NCBI GenBank assembly: GCA_002633005.1
Contig: NMRA01000769.1
Coordinates: 1-64,000, forward strand
Direction of reading: 5' to 3'
Length of the DNA stretch: 64,000 bases
Origin: Phoronis australis
Taxonomy: Eukaryota > Animalia > Phoronida
In this document: positions 49,001 through 61,644 of the stretch, in pieces
Layout of the letters: every line of letters starts with the position of its first letter
How positions within the stretch are numbered: the stretch's first letter is position 1
The notes under the pieces: model-generated
Told to the model about the DNA's origin: nothing
Databases searched by the model: none
Seen by the model: only the letters and a program-made list of their open reading frames with translations
Program-made: the position numbers and the translations under genes

Positions 49001-51133
49001 TCTGGTCAAGAGAACCCTAACTGATTTCACAGCTCATGCTAAAGCGTGATGATAAGATAAAAATTGTTTCAACTGTTGTGTTAGATGAATGCTTTGTTCA
49101 ACCGTTTAATGTACATGTATCTCAACCCTTATTTTGTGGAATCCATTCTAAATCGAAAACATTAAGCGTTGTGAACTAATAAAGGAATGTTTTTACGTTA
49201 AAAACTACTGAGAGATGATTTGCTGCTTTCGGGAACTGATCTGACTGAGGGGTTATGACTATACAGGTAAAACTAGCCACCATCACGGGTACTCAAGGAA
49301 GCAGCATGCTAGAGGTGCCCCTATTGAGGCAGGACAGGAACCCCAGGGCAGTCCTGCCCGTAAAAACGAAAACATTGTTTTTCGGAGGGCGGGCCCATAC
49401 CAATTTGACTGCGCCAATCTAACCCCCTACTGTCGCTTCCACCGCTGTTCTCCAGATGGCAGTTATATTGGTACCGAAGCTCAGAATGTCCTCTTTTGGT
49501 AGCGGAGCAGCGCCCAGGGATGCAGCCCTCATAAATTGGGTAATCATGAACCAATAAAATTTCACTTAGAATAAAAATCAGCCTAGGACTGTATGTATAA
49601 CGGTGTGAAAATACCAAACTCGATGAACTAAATCCAGTTGCTGGCCAGCTCAGCTACATGTATCATTTCTTTGAAACAATCAGCTTAGGTCGTACCTCTC
49701 CGTCTGCGCTGGCTATATCATAAAGATTCGTTTTATGATTCAGTTTTGGTAAAAGTTTGTTCTAATTTCTTCATTCTGAAGGCCTTTTTAAATGTGGAGT
49801 TCCGTGATGAAAAACATTTCAACTCTTGGAATTCCGTAATTCAGCTCCCCTGGACCACTCAAATTCTGGATCAAGCAATTTAAGTTCCCCCGGATCACTC
49901 AAAATCTGCACAGACCTATTGCATGATTACACATTATTCTTAAAGTGGTTGCGCCATCATGACGTGCTCTTTATGGGTAGTATGCACAAGAATGTCAAGC
50001 CAGCGATTCAGTTTTGAACAACAGATCTTCATTGCGCAATACTACTGGAAACTACATGTAAACACATCAGAGAAGAGCAAATATATTTTTTCCGAGTTAA
50101 TGAGCAATAACTTTAATTATACATATTTAAAAACTTAAAACTTTATTTACATGTATGGTTTGTGAATGCCTCTAATGTAGTTCATAGTTCTAAACAGACA
50201 AGGCGCATGATGTTTCTCTTGTGAAAGAACGGGGGATAGGGCACTAAATGGTGTCCTCCTCAAAGTATGTGTATGCTGTGAATCACTTGACGATTCACGT
50301 GGCCTGCTGAAGTCCTCGAGAGGACACAACGTAGCCAACTTAATCCGTAAGTCCAATAGATAAATTATAGTCATTTGAATTGGAACACTTTGTAAAACTG
50401 TCCGACATTCACCATAATCCTTGAGACTAATTTGACACAGACAAAAATCGGTTTGCTAATTGAGGATCTAATCGAATTTTGCCATTTCTTACAACGTTAG
50501 CTTCTAACTGTCAAAAATTTATTTTCGTATCTACATAAACCAGTAAACCACGAATGAATCTTAGAGACAAGAGGCGAATAACCCTGAGGGCACACCCCAC
50601 ATGCGACTCAAAACGCCACGTACATGTCGTTTTATGCTGCACGCGAATATTTCCCCGATGATTGCGTTTGGGCCCCCTTCAGAGACCGCTTGGAATGCAC
50701 GCCAACCTTTGCTATCCTCTGTGTGAGGTTGGAACCCCATTCTACAGCATCTTAGATTCGCCAATTGTGAGTCAAAAATAGGTCCACTTGTTTGCGAGGT
50801 TTTGCACATTCTGTGCTAAAGATGATACGGTGGGTTTCGGGCGCTTACCTCCCTCTAATTTTACCACTACCGCACTGGTGCGCAATATATTCATCAAGGT
50901 ACGCAGGCCCGTACGTAAGTTAATAGGCAACACAGTTCTCCCTCTTAGGCATTTAAGGAACGACACGTTGCCTAGGTAACGAAGAGATCACAGTGTTATA
51001 TGGATGCAAGTTTTAAAGAACACTAAACTCGTAGTTTTGCTCTTTATTCAATCCACCGCAGCTTGACATGGAAATTGAAGCCATATTTGATATCACACGC
51101 TGTGCTTATTTGTACCATCCGTTCTTCGGACAT

Positions 51134-51220
51134 TTAAGTAACCTTTGACACGATGACAGAGTCCACGGCAATATCTGTACGAAAGTCATTGATGTCTCCC
51201 AAGGTGAATACGAATAGCAG
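51134..51220 (-). CDS. MAM3 terminal exon (LLFVFTLGDINDFRTDIAVDSVIVSKVT*)
   Basis: DIAVD motif then TAA; attacag acceptor. Confidence 0.8.
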   Translation of the reverse strand: MLFVFTLGDINDFRTDIAVDSVIVSKVT

Positions 51221-54200
51221 CTGTAATAGAGATTATTGTTTCAAGTTAAAACAAATAAATTCATCAAAATTGTGACAACTTCTCGTGAATATTCAGGATC
51301 TACAATGAACTTAAAAACACAACAGTGTTCAAAAAATCCAAGACGAGTTGAAAATCGTCGGGCTTTTTGACCCTATATTATCACACTCTCAAACGATCCA
51401 CTACTACTTTAAGAATAGGTATCTGCATTATACACGTATATTAATAAACTTTCAAAGGTGTGCTGATTGGATCCCAAAAATGTGATACTGACGAATGCTT
51501 GGTGCCGTTATATGAGGAATAAACATATCCGACGAGTCTTACCCTGTAGCCTGGCGAATATTCCGAATACTCCAAAGCATTGAAAGAGTCAGCACTCCAA
51601 GGGCATTCCGATTGTACCATTGTCCTTCCACAACTTTGACTCTCATATGACCCCAGCAACGTCATGCTGGCTCCACCTTCTTCACGTTGAAAAATCTCCA
51701 GTTTTCCTTCGTTCTTTCCAAACATGTGATAGTTGAAATCCACCTTTATGTTACCTGCCAATCAAATTTTTTGATCAGGTTGCCATCGCATGAACTGGTA
51801 CGCCAAAAATAAAACCAAGTTGATCGCTTATCACGTGACAATTCACCTGAGGTCGTGCGACGATTCAACACTATGATATGCGTTTGCCAACTCTAAAGTC
51901 CTAAAATGACGCTCAGGAACTTGCGTTTAAATACAAGTAGATTACGAGATACAGGAATGATAATTTTATTTGAGTTTGTGTTGGTTTTGGGTCTTCGTTT
52001 GAGAAGTCCAAATGTGTTTTGCAGCTCAACAGTGCGAAGTAGTCATTGAGATCCATCGCGGAATGTATGCAGAATAAACTAAAGAATCCCAGATGTCAGC
52101 GCATTTATGGCAACAAGTTGGAATCGAGAAGACTGGATGACACCGACAGAAAACACTGTGGCATTGGGCAGGGAGGAAGCGACACCTACAGGCAATAATT
52201 TTACTTACTTAGACCAAGTGCAAAAATACATGAATTAGTCACCACATCTACGCAAAAACAAAGTTACAAATATATAAATTAATAAAATATATATTTTTAG
52301 TAACCTAAATTTTATGATTGAAAGGACATTCAATCAGATTGATAATTTAGGAAAACGCTATTGTATTCACCTTGGATCAAAGCGGTCTCCAAAGTCGCTG
52401 TCGACGAAGGAGGGTTGGGCCACGATCCATCGTAATATATGTAGGTATTGCCTTCAGCTGGGGAGGCGGGTCCTGTGTGACGTGAATTACTTCTGCCGTT
52501 CTGTCAATGTCAAGGTATCAGACAGAAGATGACTAAGATGAACAAACAAAAATAATAATATGCCCCAATTACGATACAAACTCGGTTGCTTTTTAAGTTA
52601 ATGGAAATCCCATTATCCCATCTTTGGCAAATAAAGTACTTTCAGACGTAATCACGCGGGGTTGCCTAAATTGACGCCACAAGTGACGCAGACAATCACA
52701 AACATGACAATGCTTTACGTTGACACTTGTATTAAATATATACTTGGGACCAACTTGAACCAAACGAATTAAAGTTTGGTCCTAGCAAAGTTTGCGTAAT
52801 CTGCAAAACATCTTGCATTTTCAGCCTAAAATCGTCAAATTTCACAGCATGCACATATGTCCGACTTACCCGAAAAGTGAGGTCAGAGCTATCGTTACGT
52901 AGTTGCTTGAATATTCCGAGGGGGTTCTTCTTAGAGAGCTCAAACCCGGATAGAAATGATGAGGAGCTGCTAAAGTCTGAAAGACAATTTCATTTCCCCA
53001 ACAATCCACGCAAATCACCCGAGTCAAGAAACGCGTATGAACACTGCCGCAAGAGTGACAGAGTGGGTCTGCGTTCTGCAGAGCTAAGACCCTTTTAAGG
53101 AAGCGCCAATGTGATCAAGTACTTTAATTCGTTGTAATGCAAGGCAAAACTTCTCGAAGATTTGTGTGAATATTGCACTTTTGTAAACCTCTTGAGTGTA
53201 ATGAATCTCGGATGGACCTCTCTATGTCGTGCGATTTACAGTCTACACTCTTGTTGATTGCTTTTGTGCACACACTCGTCTGATAGCTTAATCAAAAAAA
53301 ATTCCCATACTGGTGTACTCTAGGACTGACATACATCTAATACTGTAAGATCGAGACTTCTTCGTAAATATTTTGAATCCCCATGTCAGCAGCAGTCAGT
53401 AGTGTTTTGGGCCATTTCAATTCTCGCTATCAGTATGTCCCAAATACTTACCTATGACGTCACACGTGTCACCCTTCAGCCCCGTGGGACACACGCACGT
53501 GCAGGTGGAGGAAGAAGACGAATAGTCCGAATCGTCCACGTGGAAACATGGTCTAGAATCACAAGGGTCTACAAACGCATTAAAGATTTCCTATAACTGG
53601 CGTCGTGTAGGTAATTTCGGATTAAATGCCTTCAGATTATATAGAGCACGAATGTTTCTAAGGGAAAAAAAGAAGAACATGAACAATAGAAGAGGCAAAA
53701 AGAGATATTACATTCATCATCTTTTGTCGTATTATTTATATCGATTGCGAATAAAATCACTTTTATCGATTGTTTTAAATGAATAACGACTGTATGACAC
53801 CAAAACATATTGTTCCAAAAATATACTCAATTATTCCTTTTTTCTTTTCCCAGCAATAGGAGATTCTTTAAATTTTACCACAAAGTTCAAGGTAAAAAAC
53901 CACAAGGATGACTGTCATGTGGTGGATAACCAAGCATAACGCCTGCCGTCGCAGAATGTGTTATCGTGTTTTTGTTTCATTTAGTTTAGTCATCGTGGTT
54001 CATAACTTTCTATTGTTGTTTATCACCACTCTCTTTGAGCAGAAGATGACTGATAATTCTTATTCCTAGAACTGTTTGTTTGTCAGCATAGTGCATCCTT
54101 TAGTTTGTCATCTTATTTGGATGGTTAATTCGTGTTTCTCTAGTCTTTCTCCCTCTCTCTCTCTCTCATATACATATACATATACNATATATATATATAT

Positions 54201-57200
54201 CACTTTTACTTGTATTTCATGTACACGTAGTAGTATCAGTAGTTTTAATGAGTTGATTAGAACTTGTTCCTCCGCATTGAGAGTTGTTCCTACTCATGTA
54301 ACTCTTGCAGTCGTCAATATACATGTACTAGTCAACATTCATCTCTTGTTCTGTTCCAACGAACCACCTCGTACACAGTCGAACTGCATTTTCTGTGTAC
54401 TCCACATTTTACACTTCTAATGTATTAATTACTAGCGAAACCTAACACCAATCGCTGACTTTCAAACTCCGTCGACACGATTCTTCAGTATTCAAAAATG
54501 TGATAATGGCATGAAAACCTACATTTAGACGCATTCCAGCTTTCAACGATTCCCACTAAGTGAAAAATCATTGAAAAACGAGAGCAGACAACATCCTCTG
54601 CCGGCTAATCTGTTGCTTGTCAGAAAATTAAATAAAGAAGCAGCGGACCAGGGTTGCGTTCCGTACCCTCAGGTATCTTGCCAAAAACACAGGCTTCCGC
54701 GAGACTTTGCCAGATATCACCATGCACGAAAAGCAGGACCACACAGGCTTTCCGAGTGTCTGGTTTGACAGAACACAACCCAATAGTTGACAGATTGTTA
54801 CCGTGTCACATCAATAAACGTATGTCCAACGAATGCATCACAGTGAGATGCGAGAGACCTAGTGTAATGTATTGTACAGAGGTGCACGAATTGATTGCAT
54901 CACAACACTTATATCCGCGCTGTGCCAGGAAACGGTTATTGACGTACCTGATTTGCAAGCTCCCTCTGTAATTCTCATATTGTCAATTGCGATATCACTC
55001 CTGTAGCTGCTCCCTCTAGTGGCACGAAAGGAAACCTACAATAAAAGATTTACTTTAAAAGGATATAATAACGGGTTTTAGCCATTTAACAGATATTAAC
55101 ATACGTGTGTGACTTTCCTACCGTAAAACTATTGAAGCCACGTATGATGGAACTTCTTACATAGTCTCCTAAACAGGTTAACGTATCCTAAGCTTTAGGT
55201 ATATTACACGACAGCTGTCAGAAAAAAAACACACATCTATATCTATTCTATCAAAAAGAGAGCTTCTGTTTTAGTCAATCATTGTGAAATGCAAACGTAA
55301 CATGAACGACAAACAGAGCTACTGATGATTGCTTGAAATACAAAATTTAGTATCGCTTTAACAAGCTCACTCTAAATTGAATTTGTTTCAGCGCAATTAT
55401 AAAAAATGAGACGATAAATTATATTAAGCCGCAGCAAAACACTTACGAACTACCAGATCTTCTCCAAATAAGAAACAATTTCTAATCCTTCTAAGGATAG
55501 AATAAGATGTCCAAGGTTTTTACATATAAATAGATCCGTGTTAATACGCTTTGGGGCATCACTGTGTTTTTACAGAGGACAGTCAGTTTAAACAACAGAA
55601 ATATTTCGTTAATGACTTCCTGAAACGCCTCTGATGGTCATGTAGTAACAACCGACAAATAGCCTGCTTAAATCGGTCAATACGTTGTCCGAACATCAAA
55701 GTGTCTGGCGAACGACCGCGTAACTGGCACTCTCGTTATAGGCTTGGATTGTATTATACCTGGTACACGGTGGAATTTGAACCTTGTGACTTACGACTGT
55801 CAATTCATTTAAAGACATGATTTACGCATGCGTAAATTCATCACAAATGAACAAAACAATGCATTGGGTCAGCCTTTATGGCAATTACCTGGAGTGAATC
55901 TGGTGCAATTTTAACGAATAGTATGGACAGTAGCGTATCTAGGACACCATAAGGGGAGTCCTACATGTTGCCTCGGGGAATTGGGCAAGGCGCGATTGTA
56001 TGCGCACAGAGGACTTGAAAGTTCTGTGGGCCGAGGATGTGGACCTCCTCTTTAGAAAATCTGTCGGTGGACTAAAAGAAAAACGGGAATGCGATTCCGC
56101 TGGGATCTTAGCCACCCTATCTGCTACCGGTCCTAGGTACTGAGCTGCTTTTCTTCACGCTTCATGCTGTTTCGGTTTCACTTAATTACGGCTGCCAAAA
56201 GGGGGCAGGGCCGCCCCCCCACCTATATCCGCATTAGGTTGAGAAATTCCTAGAAAATGCAGCCATTCTGACCGTTCAGCAGAATTTTAGATGCGGGTAC
56301 CAGTGCCCTTCAGACGATTGAATCATTTTTAATTATAGAACTCACATGTACTGTGCAAGGGCATTAGGATGCATGTTACCACTCCGGTACCTACATTTAA
56401 AAAGGGCGAGTTTGTAATTTTGGGGAGAAAAATATCCGCACTCGCAGTTTTTCTTAATATGTAACACATGGCGATATATCACGAAGTCGTGCTTTTTCGC
56501 AAACTTCTCGTGTCTGCGGCAGATGTCTCCTGGGTGTTTGCCATAGTGTGTCTGAAGACATTTCCATATACAGATTCATATGCATTGCTTCTTTGATTTT
56601 TCTTTCAGACAGACTTGTTTTACAGAAGATTACGGGAATGTTGTCTACGTTATTTTGGCCACACATGGGCTGTTGAATATCTGTAAATTAATGAGTTCAA
56701 CAACCCAAATGGTTCAAATCCTGAGTTCCAGGTGCCCTGTTCGTTCTTTTACGAACTCAGCAACGTCAAGTGAAGGCTGCAGGAATGAAAAATCTAAACA
56801 ATGTGCCAATTAAATAACAAAGATGAAATGCTACGTCAGGGACATTTCAATATCCGTCAACTTCAGGCTTCCTAGTAAACGACGTTTCGTGTTGCTTGCC
56901 TTCTGCGTTCCTTGCGGCACAGTCACGGCCACAGTTTGCCAGTCGTTTGAGGTGCGCGAAAACGTCATCAACTCAGAGTTGTTACCCATGATCGTGAATG
57001 ACCCCATGGTGTTGCCGTACATGCTCAAAGACAAGCGGAGACAGGCAGCGCCCCCCTCTAAAGATGGAGAAATAGAGCAGCTGAACCATAACTTCTGGCT
57101 ATGTGACGCATAAAGTTCCAAGAACTTTCTTTTCATCAAAACTAAGCCCAGCACATTATCACTAGCTGAATTTTGATGACAGGATATCAGCGTTAGGTGG

Positions 57201-60200
57201 ATAACTATTTGTAACCATCAAGTAACGACAGACGAGCCATAAACTTTTGAGTGAAACGTCATTGCCGTGCTTACAATATACAGCCGTCAGGCTACTGGCT
57301 GTCTTACAATGAAATTAGGGTTGGCAAATGCTGGTGGTATTGTCTTGGTTTGTCTCACAGTCATGTGACAATACTTTTTCCCTTTGATGGTAACATTGTG
57401 CACGCCAACGAATGGTTACTGCAAAGTTATAGAAAGAAAAACAAAGAAATTAGTGCAGACCTGTTGCAATCAGATTGCCACAAATCCATGCTAAACTTGT
57501 AGGGTAAATATCGTCCTGCACGCTAACTGAATAATGAATTCAAACCCCCACTCGGCATTTAATAGAACCAAATTTAAGTTATTGTCAAACTATGATCGAT
57601 CAAGCATTGGTATTGATCTGTCTCTGTAAAGATCCCCCCTTCCATTATCTGAGCACTAGCCTGTAAGTTCAGCAATATTAGCCTCCAAACTGGCGATGTC
57701 TCCAGTCTTTGCAGGCCTAGACGATTCGAAATACACGTATCCAAATCTATTGGACGCGAAACTGGGTCCGGTGTTGAGCGTGGGCGTTGTGTCCTGTAAC
57801 AGGAGAAGAAATGCAAAATTACAAACTGCCATTAATTTAGGATGTACATTATCGCTATCATCTCGCAGTGAAACTGAGTGATTATTAACGTTGGCAACGC
57901 ATTCCAAAAATTATCCACCAAAGTCTTATTGACTTTAAGGAATTGTAACAAATTACCTTTAGAAGGGACCGAACTCCATGTATGAGTGAAGGCCAAAACA
58001 TCGTGATTTAATTACTGTACTAAACTATCTTCCATGTATATTCGTAGCTCCACATATGTGTGGTACTGGTGAGGCTAGGGCTACATGCCGTTGGTCAAGA
58101 TATGTGACAGACATTTGTTGACTGTATTTCAGTTTTCAATCTAAGTTTTCCCACAACCAAAATCGTCCAGTATATTTTTACAGCTCAAAACCAAGGAAAA
58201 TACATTCATTGCCACTCGCATTATATATGCCTAATGTGCATTAAGTCTGGGAGAGTCTGAGTTTTGTGTCGCAACGTTGCATTCTATGGAGTAGCATCTC
58301 CTGCTCAACTCGCAGTGCATGGCGAAAACTCGCACGTGCTTGCCTGATCTCCCTTAATTCGAGAAATCTATCGTTTTGGAGCACAGTTGCGTTCCACTCA
58401 CGCTTCGGATGTGTATCCAGTCCAAATCGTCTTCTTCTGACTGCACCAAAAAGTCACACAGTGGATGAGCAGAACTTTCAAAGTCACAGGCAAACCGGAT
58501 TCCTTTAAACAAGAAATATTGCACCCACAGATGGTGAACTGGAAACAGGTCTTCTTCACAGCTTAATAGAAGTTCCTAGTTTCAGGGATTATTTAACGAA
58601 GAGTAGATGAACGTAGTGTATCTCATAAAGCGGTTCTTAAATTACAAAAACTGGAAACCCATTTCTTCCTGACAAACGACTGATTACCTACTGACAGCTT
58701 GAATTAATGATAGGGGCAAACACATCGACGATTTCCACCAATTTAAATTGTCTTACATAAGTTTGAAGTCTCAACCGACAGTATGCTTGCACGCTTACGT
58801 TTGCAGATGGGAGGATTGGACCAGAGACCATTTGCTTGGCACGTCACATTTGGCAAGCCAACTAACTCGAAGTCACCAAAGCAGATGTAAGTAACGGTGT
58901 GCCCTGTATGGTACTTATTCATCAATATCTCAGAGATGAAAGCGTTTTTGACTTCTGGCGGATCGGAACAAGTGGGCTCTGTAAAGAAAATATTTTGGGA
59001 TAAAGTTTTCGATGAAATAAGTTTCTCGTAAAGGTGATTTAAACCCAAATGCAACAGTAACGTCATTTATTTACAAAATGACCTTGCTTCATGTTTTAGT
59101 TTGGGATGACTGCTAGGATAGTTTTGAGGCATGTTCACTGGGCGGAATTTGTGTCGAGGGAGCCTTACACGTTGTATTTTGTTACAGAGCCGAGCTCGTT
59201 GATTTTTTTGTGAAGTCTCGGCACGATCAACCCTTTGCCACATGGTCTTCAATCCGATTTTGATAGAAAAGTGATCTTGAGCACTAAACTACAGCGGCTC
59301 TTACCTGGTCCATAAATCATAGGTATCTTCCTTAGAACGAAACAAATGGAGACGACTTTGACAACACTAAAGGGTTTAAGTAAGAAGCTTCATTTCCGGA
59401 TAAAAGCCGCATCAAACTAAAAATGATGCCATACTCTTGCTTTTGTTCATGACTTTGACGGGGACTTATTCTGTTGGTTACGTGACAGGGTTAGGCTCAG
59501 GATATCTTATGGCTAACAACGGAGGGTAATGAGGTGAACGTTACTTTGGCAACGGCACTGTCTTTATTGAGTCAACAATTGGCAGTTACTCTACTTATTT
59601 TTTATTTGTTTTCATTCAAAAAAGAGTTTGGTATTCAGATGTACATGTATTACTAGAGAATGTCACAAGTGATAAGGCAAGTAATTAAACAACTGACAAA
59701 CACAAAATGCACTATTTAGGAAGCTTTGTTCAGTTCCTATTTAGATATGCTTCTTGCAACCGACCACTACAACCCTACAGTGCAAGTCCTCTACTGTAAC
59801 CTGCTGGGAGCGTGTCTCTGAGTGGAGCAGTTAATGAACTATTGATGTCTAATCGTTTCATCCAAGAGGGCAATGAGAATCGGTAATCAGATCGGTCATT
59901 CATGAACGACATTAATTTTTGTTTACCTGGTTTTTCATTGCACGATCCTGGCCACGTCTCCACATGATCGACAGCTACATCTGCCTTAAAACTTCGTCTC
60001 GTGTATTCAAAAGCAAACTGTAATATAAATAGTCGGTAATTACATCATATACCGTGTAGATGGAATGTGCGCAAATACCAGAACAGTGTTCAATGTGAAA
60101 TTATTCTGCTGAGTTCTAAAGTACGAAGTATGCTCTTTTGGAACTTGACATCTTTGACTTTGTTTCTGATCAGTGGGTTGCAATACATAGTGCTTAGCAT

Positions 60201-61644
60201 AGAAATTGTAAAAATGGCATTTTCTTTATCTTTAACCATTTATGTAAGACATCAACTCTGATCACTTGAAAGGCATCACTAAAATAGGAAATTCTAGATT
60301 TACAGCACTGTGGGTGTATCTATACGTGTAGCGTAAGCATGTATTTCCGAGATCAGTGACGTCACATTCAACGCTTAATTTTGGAGAACAGGGATTTCAT
60401 TCCGCAAGATTAACGTGTTATGTAAAGTTGGTAACAGCGTGTTTCGTGTAGATGTAACCACTCCAAACACGGCAAAACACCCTCCACTGCTTTACAAATT
60501 AAACGCATGCACATTGCTAAGTTTCTTAGAAATCAAACATCAGAAGTTAACTTTTACCCAAACAGTAACGCCATCTGTTCGAGGGTCTATCGTTATCTTC
60601 TCACACACCCACTGATCACCCAAGTTCTGGTTGCTGCTGTAGCGAACGTCTCTTGCACCGTTTGAATAATGCAGGACCACATCGAAGTTGCTCATGGACA
60701 CAGAACTGCCGTACATATGGAGACAGAATGATATACAGCGACCATCGGACAACGCTGAAAAACATAGAAACTTTCGGAAAAGTGTTTTACGGAACACAGA
60801 AGGCGAATGACATAATATACTACACTGTATCTTCTAAAACTACCTTTGGTTCTATAGCATGTTCTTGTCGCTTTTACATGTATCTGTTAATGGATTGAGA
60901 AGCTGTTCCAGACGGGCAACATTGTAGTTCGAGAAATTGCACAACACGCTCTAAATGCCATCACGGCTTCACTGTTGCATTCACTTGGGCGTTGGATCAT
61001 GTGGTACGGATGAGACAAGTGATAAATTCTGACTAAGTGTTCGTCAAGGCATAGCACGTCAACTGATTCTAAACAGGGCACTTTGAGTAGGGACTGGGCG
61101 AGGTTTATGTTAGTTTGTTAATTTTACTGTGAAACTACTATTCGCTATCATCGCCAAAATGAACTACAAAGGGTTGTAGACAGTAACATGTCCTAAGAAC
61201 AACGTTGTAAATTTCGAAGTTGCTTGCTGAGTACAGTTCAGTGGCTGTTTTATTTATTATTTATTTATTATTACGATATTTAAAGTGAGGGTGGCCTCTT
61301 CAGTGATAGCACTGCTTTCCAAGAGGGTCCTCAACAAGAAAAACAGTAAATATAATTCAATAAAGTAATAAAACAACAATGAAATATACGTAACAAAGGT
61401 ACAATCATGAATTAAAACAGGTTGAGAATTAAGACAATAACTAAATGTGGTGAGGAAATCACGTGCTCCTTTTAAAACACGAGTGGCCTTCACGAATGAT
61501 GTGCGCCTACTTACGGAAGTCACTCGCTGAAGACAGGATTGCTTTATAGTTGTTTTTCACTGGATACGACGCCTCGCAATACATGTAATTGGAAGAGCCA
61601 TCGTAACCGGACGACGGTCCAGTGCCGAAGGTCGTAGTCTTACC
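51134..61644 (-). CDS. MAM-CCP(Sushi)-MAM-EGF-MAM extracellular protein, 5' incomplete (576 aa reconstructed). Exons in transcript order: 61644-61515, 60754-60558, 60017-59927, 58978-58799, 58502-58402, 57793-57661, 57057-56900, 55035-54948, 53568-53452, 52976-52870, 52500-52371, 51754-51543, 51220-51134
   Basis: MAM motifs CDFE..C..DDLDW, TGP..YxYxE.S, F..HMYG/HMFG and DIAID/DIAVD; a 4-Cys CCP domain; an EGF domain. Phases are compatible, total 1731 nt ending in TAA. Minus-strand AATAAA at 51043-51048. Confidence 0.82.
51543..51754 (-). CDS. MAM3 exon 3 (VDFNYHMFGKNEGKLEIF)
   Basis: FxYHMFG...GxL MAM motif; gtaaga donor. Confidence 0.8.
52371..52500 (-). CDS. MAM3 exon 2 (HTGPASPAEGNTYIYYDGS..ATLET)
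   Basis: TGP..G..YIY motif; gtgaat donor. Confidence 0.78.
52870..52976 (-). CDS. MAM3 exon 1 (degenerate; LSGFELSKKNPLGIFKQLRNDSSDLTFR)
   Basis: ctttcag acceptor, gtaagt donor, phase 1 to 0 as in MAM2 exon 1. Confidence 0.65.
53452..53568 (-). CDS. EGF-like domain exon
   Basis: DPCDSRPCFH...CTCVCPTGLKGDTC; symmetric phase 1, gtaagt donor. Confidence 0.8.
54150..54200. repeat. (CT)n/(TA)n microsatellite
   Basis: ctctctctctctctc followed by atatatatatat. Confidence 0.85.
54948..55035 (-). CDS. MAM2 exon 4 (VSFRATRGSSYRSDIAIDNMRITEGAC)
   Basis: DIAID..G.C motif. Confidence 0.85.
56900..57057 (-). CDS. MAM2 exon 3 (ACLRLSLSMYGNTMGSF...DWQTVAV)
   Basis: MAM motif; probable GC donor (AAG|gcaagc). 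Confidence 0.78.
57661..57793 (-). CDS. MAM2 exon 2 (DTTPTLNTGP..GYVYFESS..GDIASL)
   Basis: MAM motif; probable GC donor (AG|gctagt). Confidence 0.78.
58402..58502 (-). CDS. MAM2 exon 1 (FACDFESSAHPLCDFLVQSEEDDLDW)
   Basis: Canonical MAM N-terminal motif; gtgagt donor. Confidence 0.82.
58799..58978 (-). CDS. CCP/Sushi domain exon
   Basis: CSDPP.V.NA...G.TVTY.C..DFEL.G...TCQANG.WS.PP.C; 180 nt, symmetric phase 1. Confidence 0.88.
59927..60017 (-). CDS. MAM1 C-terminal exon (FAFEYTRRSFKADVAVDHVETWPGSC)
   Basis: DVAVD..G.C MAM terminal motif. Confidence 0.8.
60558..60754 (-). CDS. MAM1 exon (CISFCLHMYG...NLGDQW)
   Basis: MAM motifs; tttttcag acceptor, gtaaaa donor. Confidence 0.8.
61515..61644 (-). 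CDS. MAM1 exon (GKTTTFGTGPSSGYDGSSNYMYCEASYPVKNNYKAILSSASDF)
   Basis: TGP..YMY.EAS MAM motif; cag acceptor, gtaagt donor. Confidence 0.8.
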
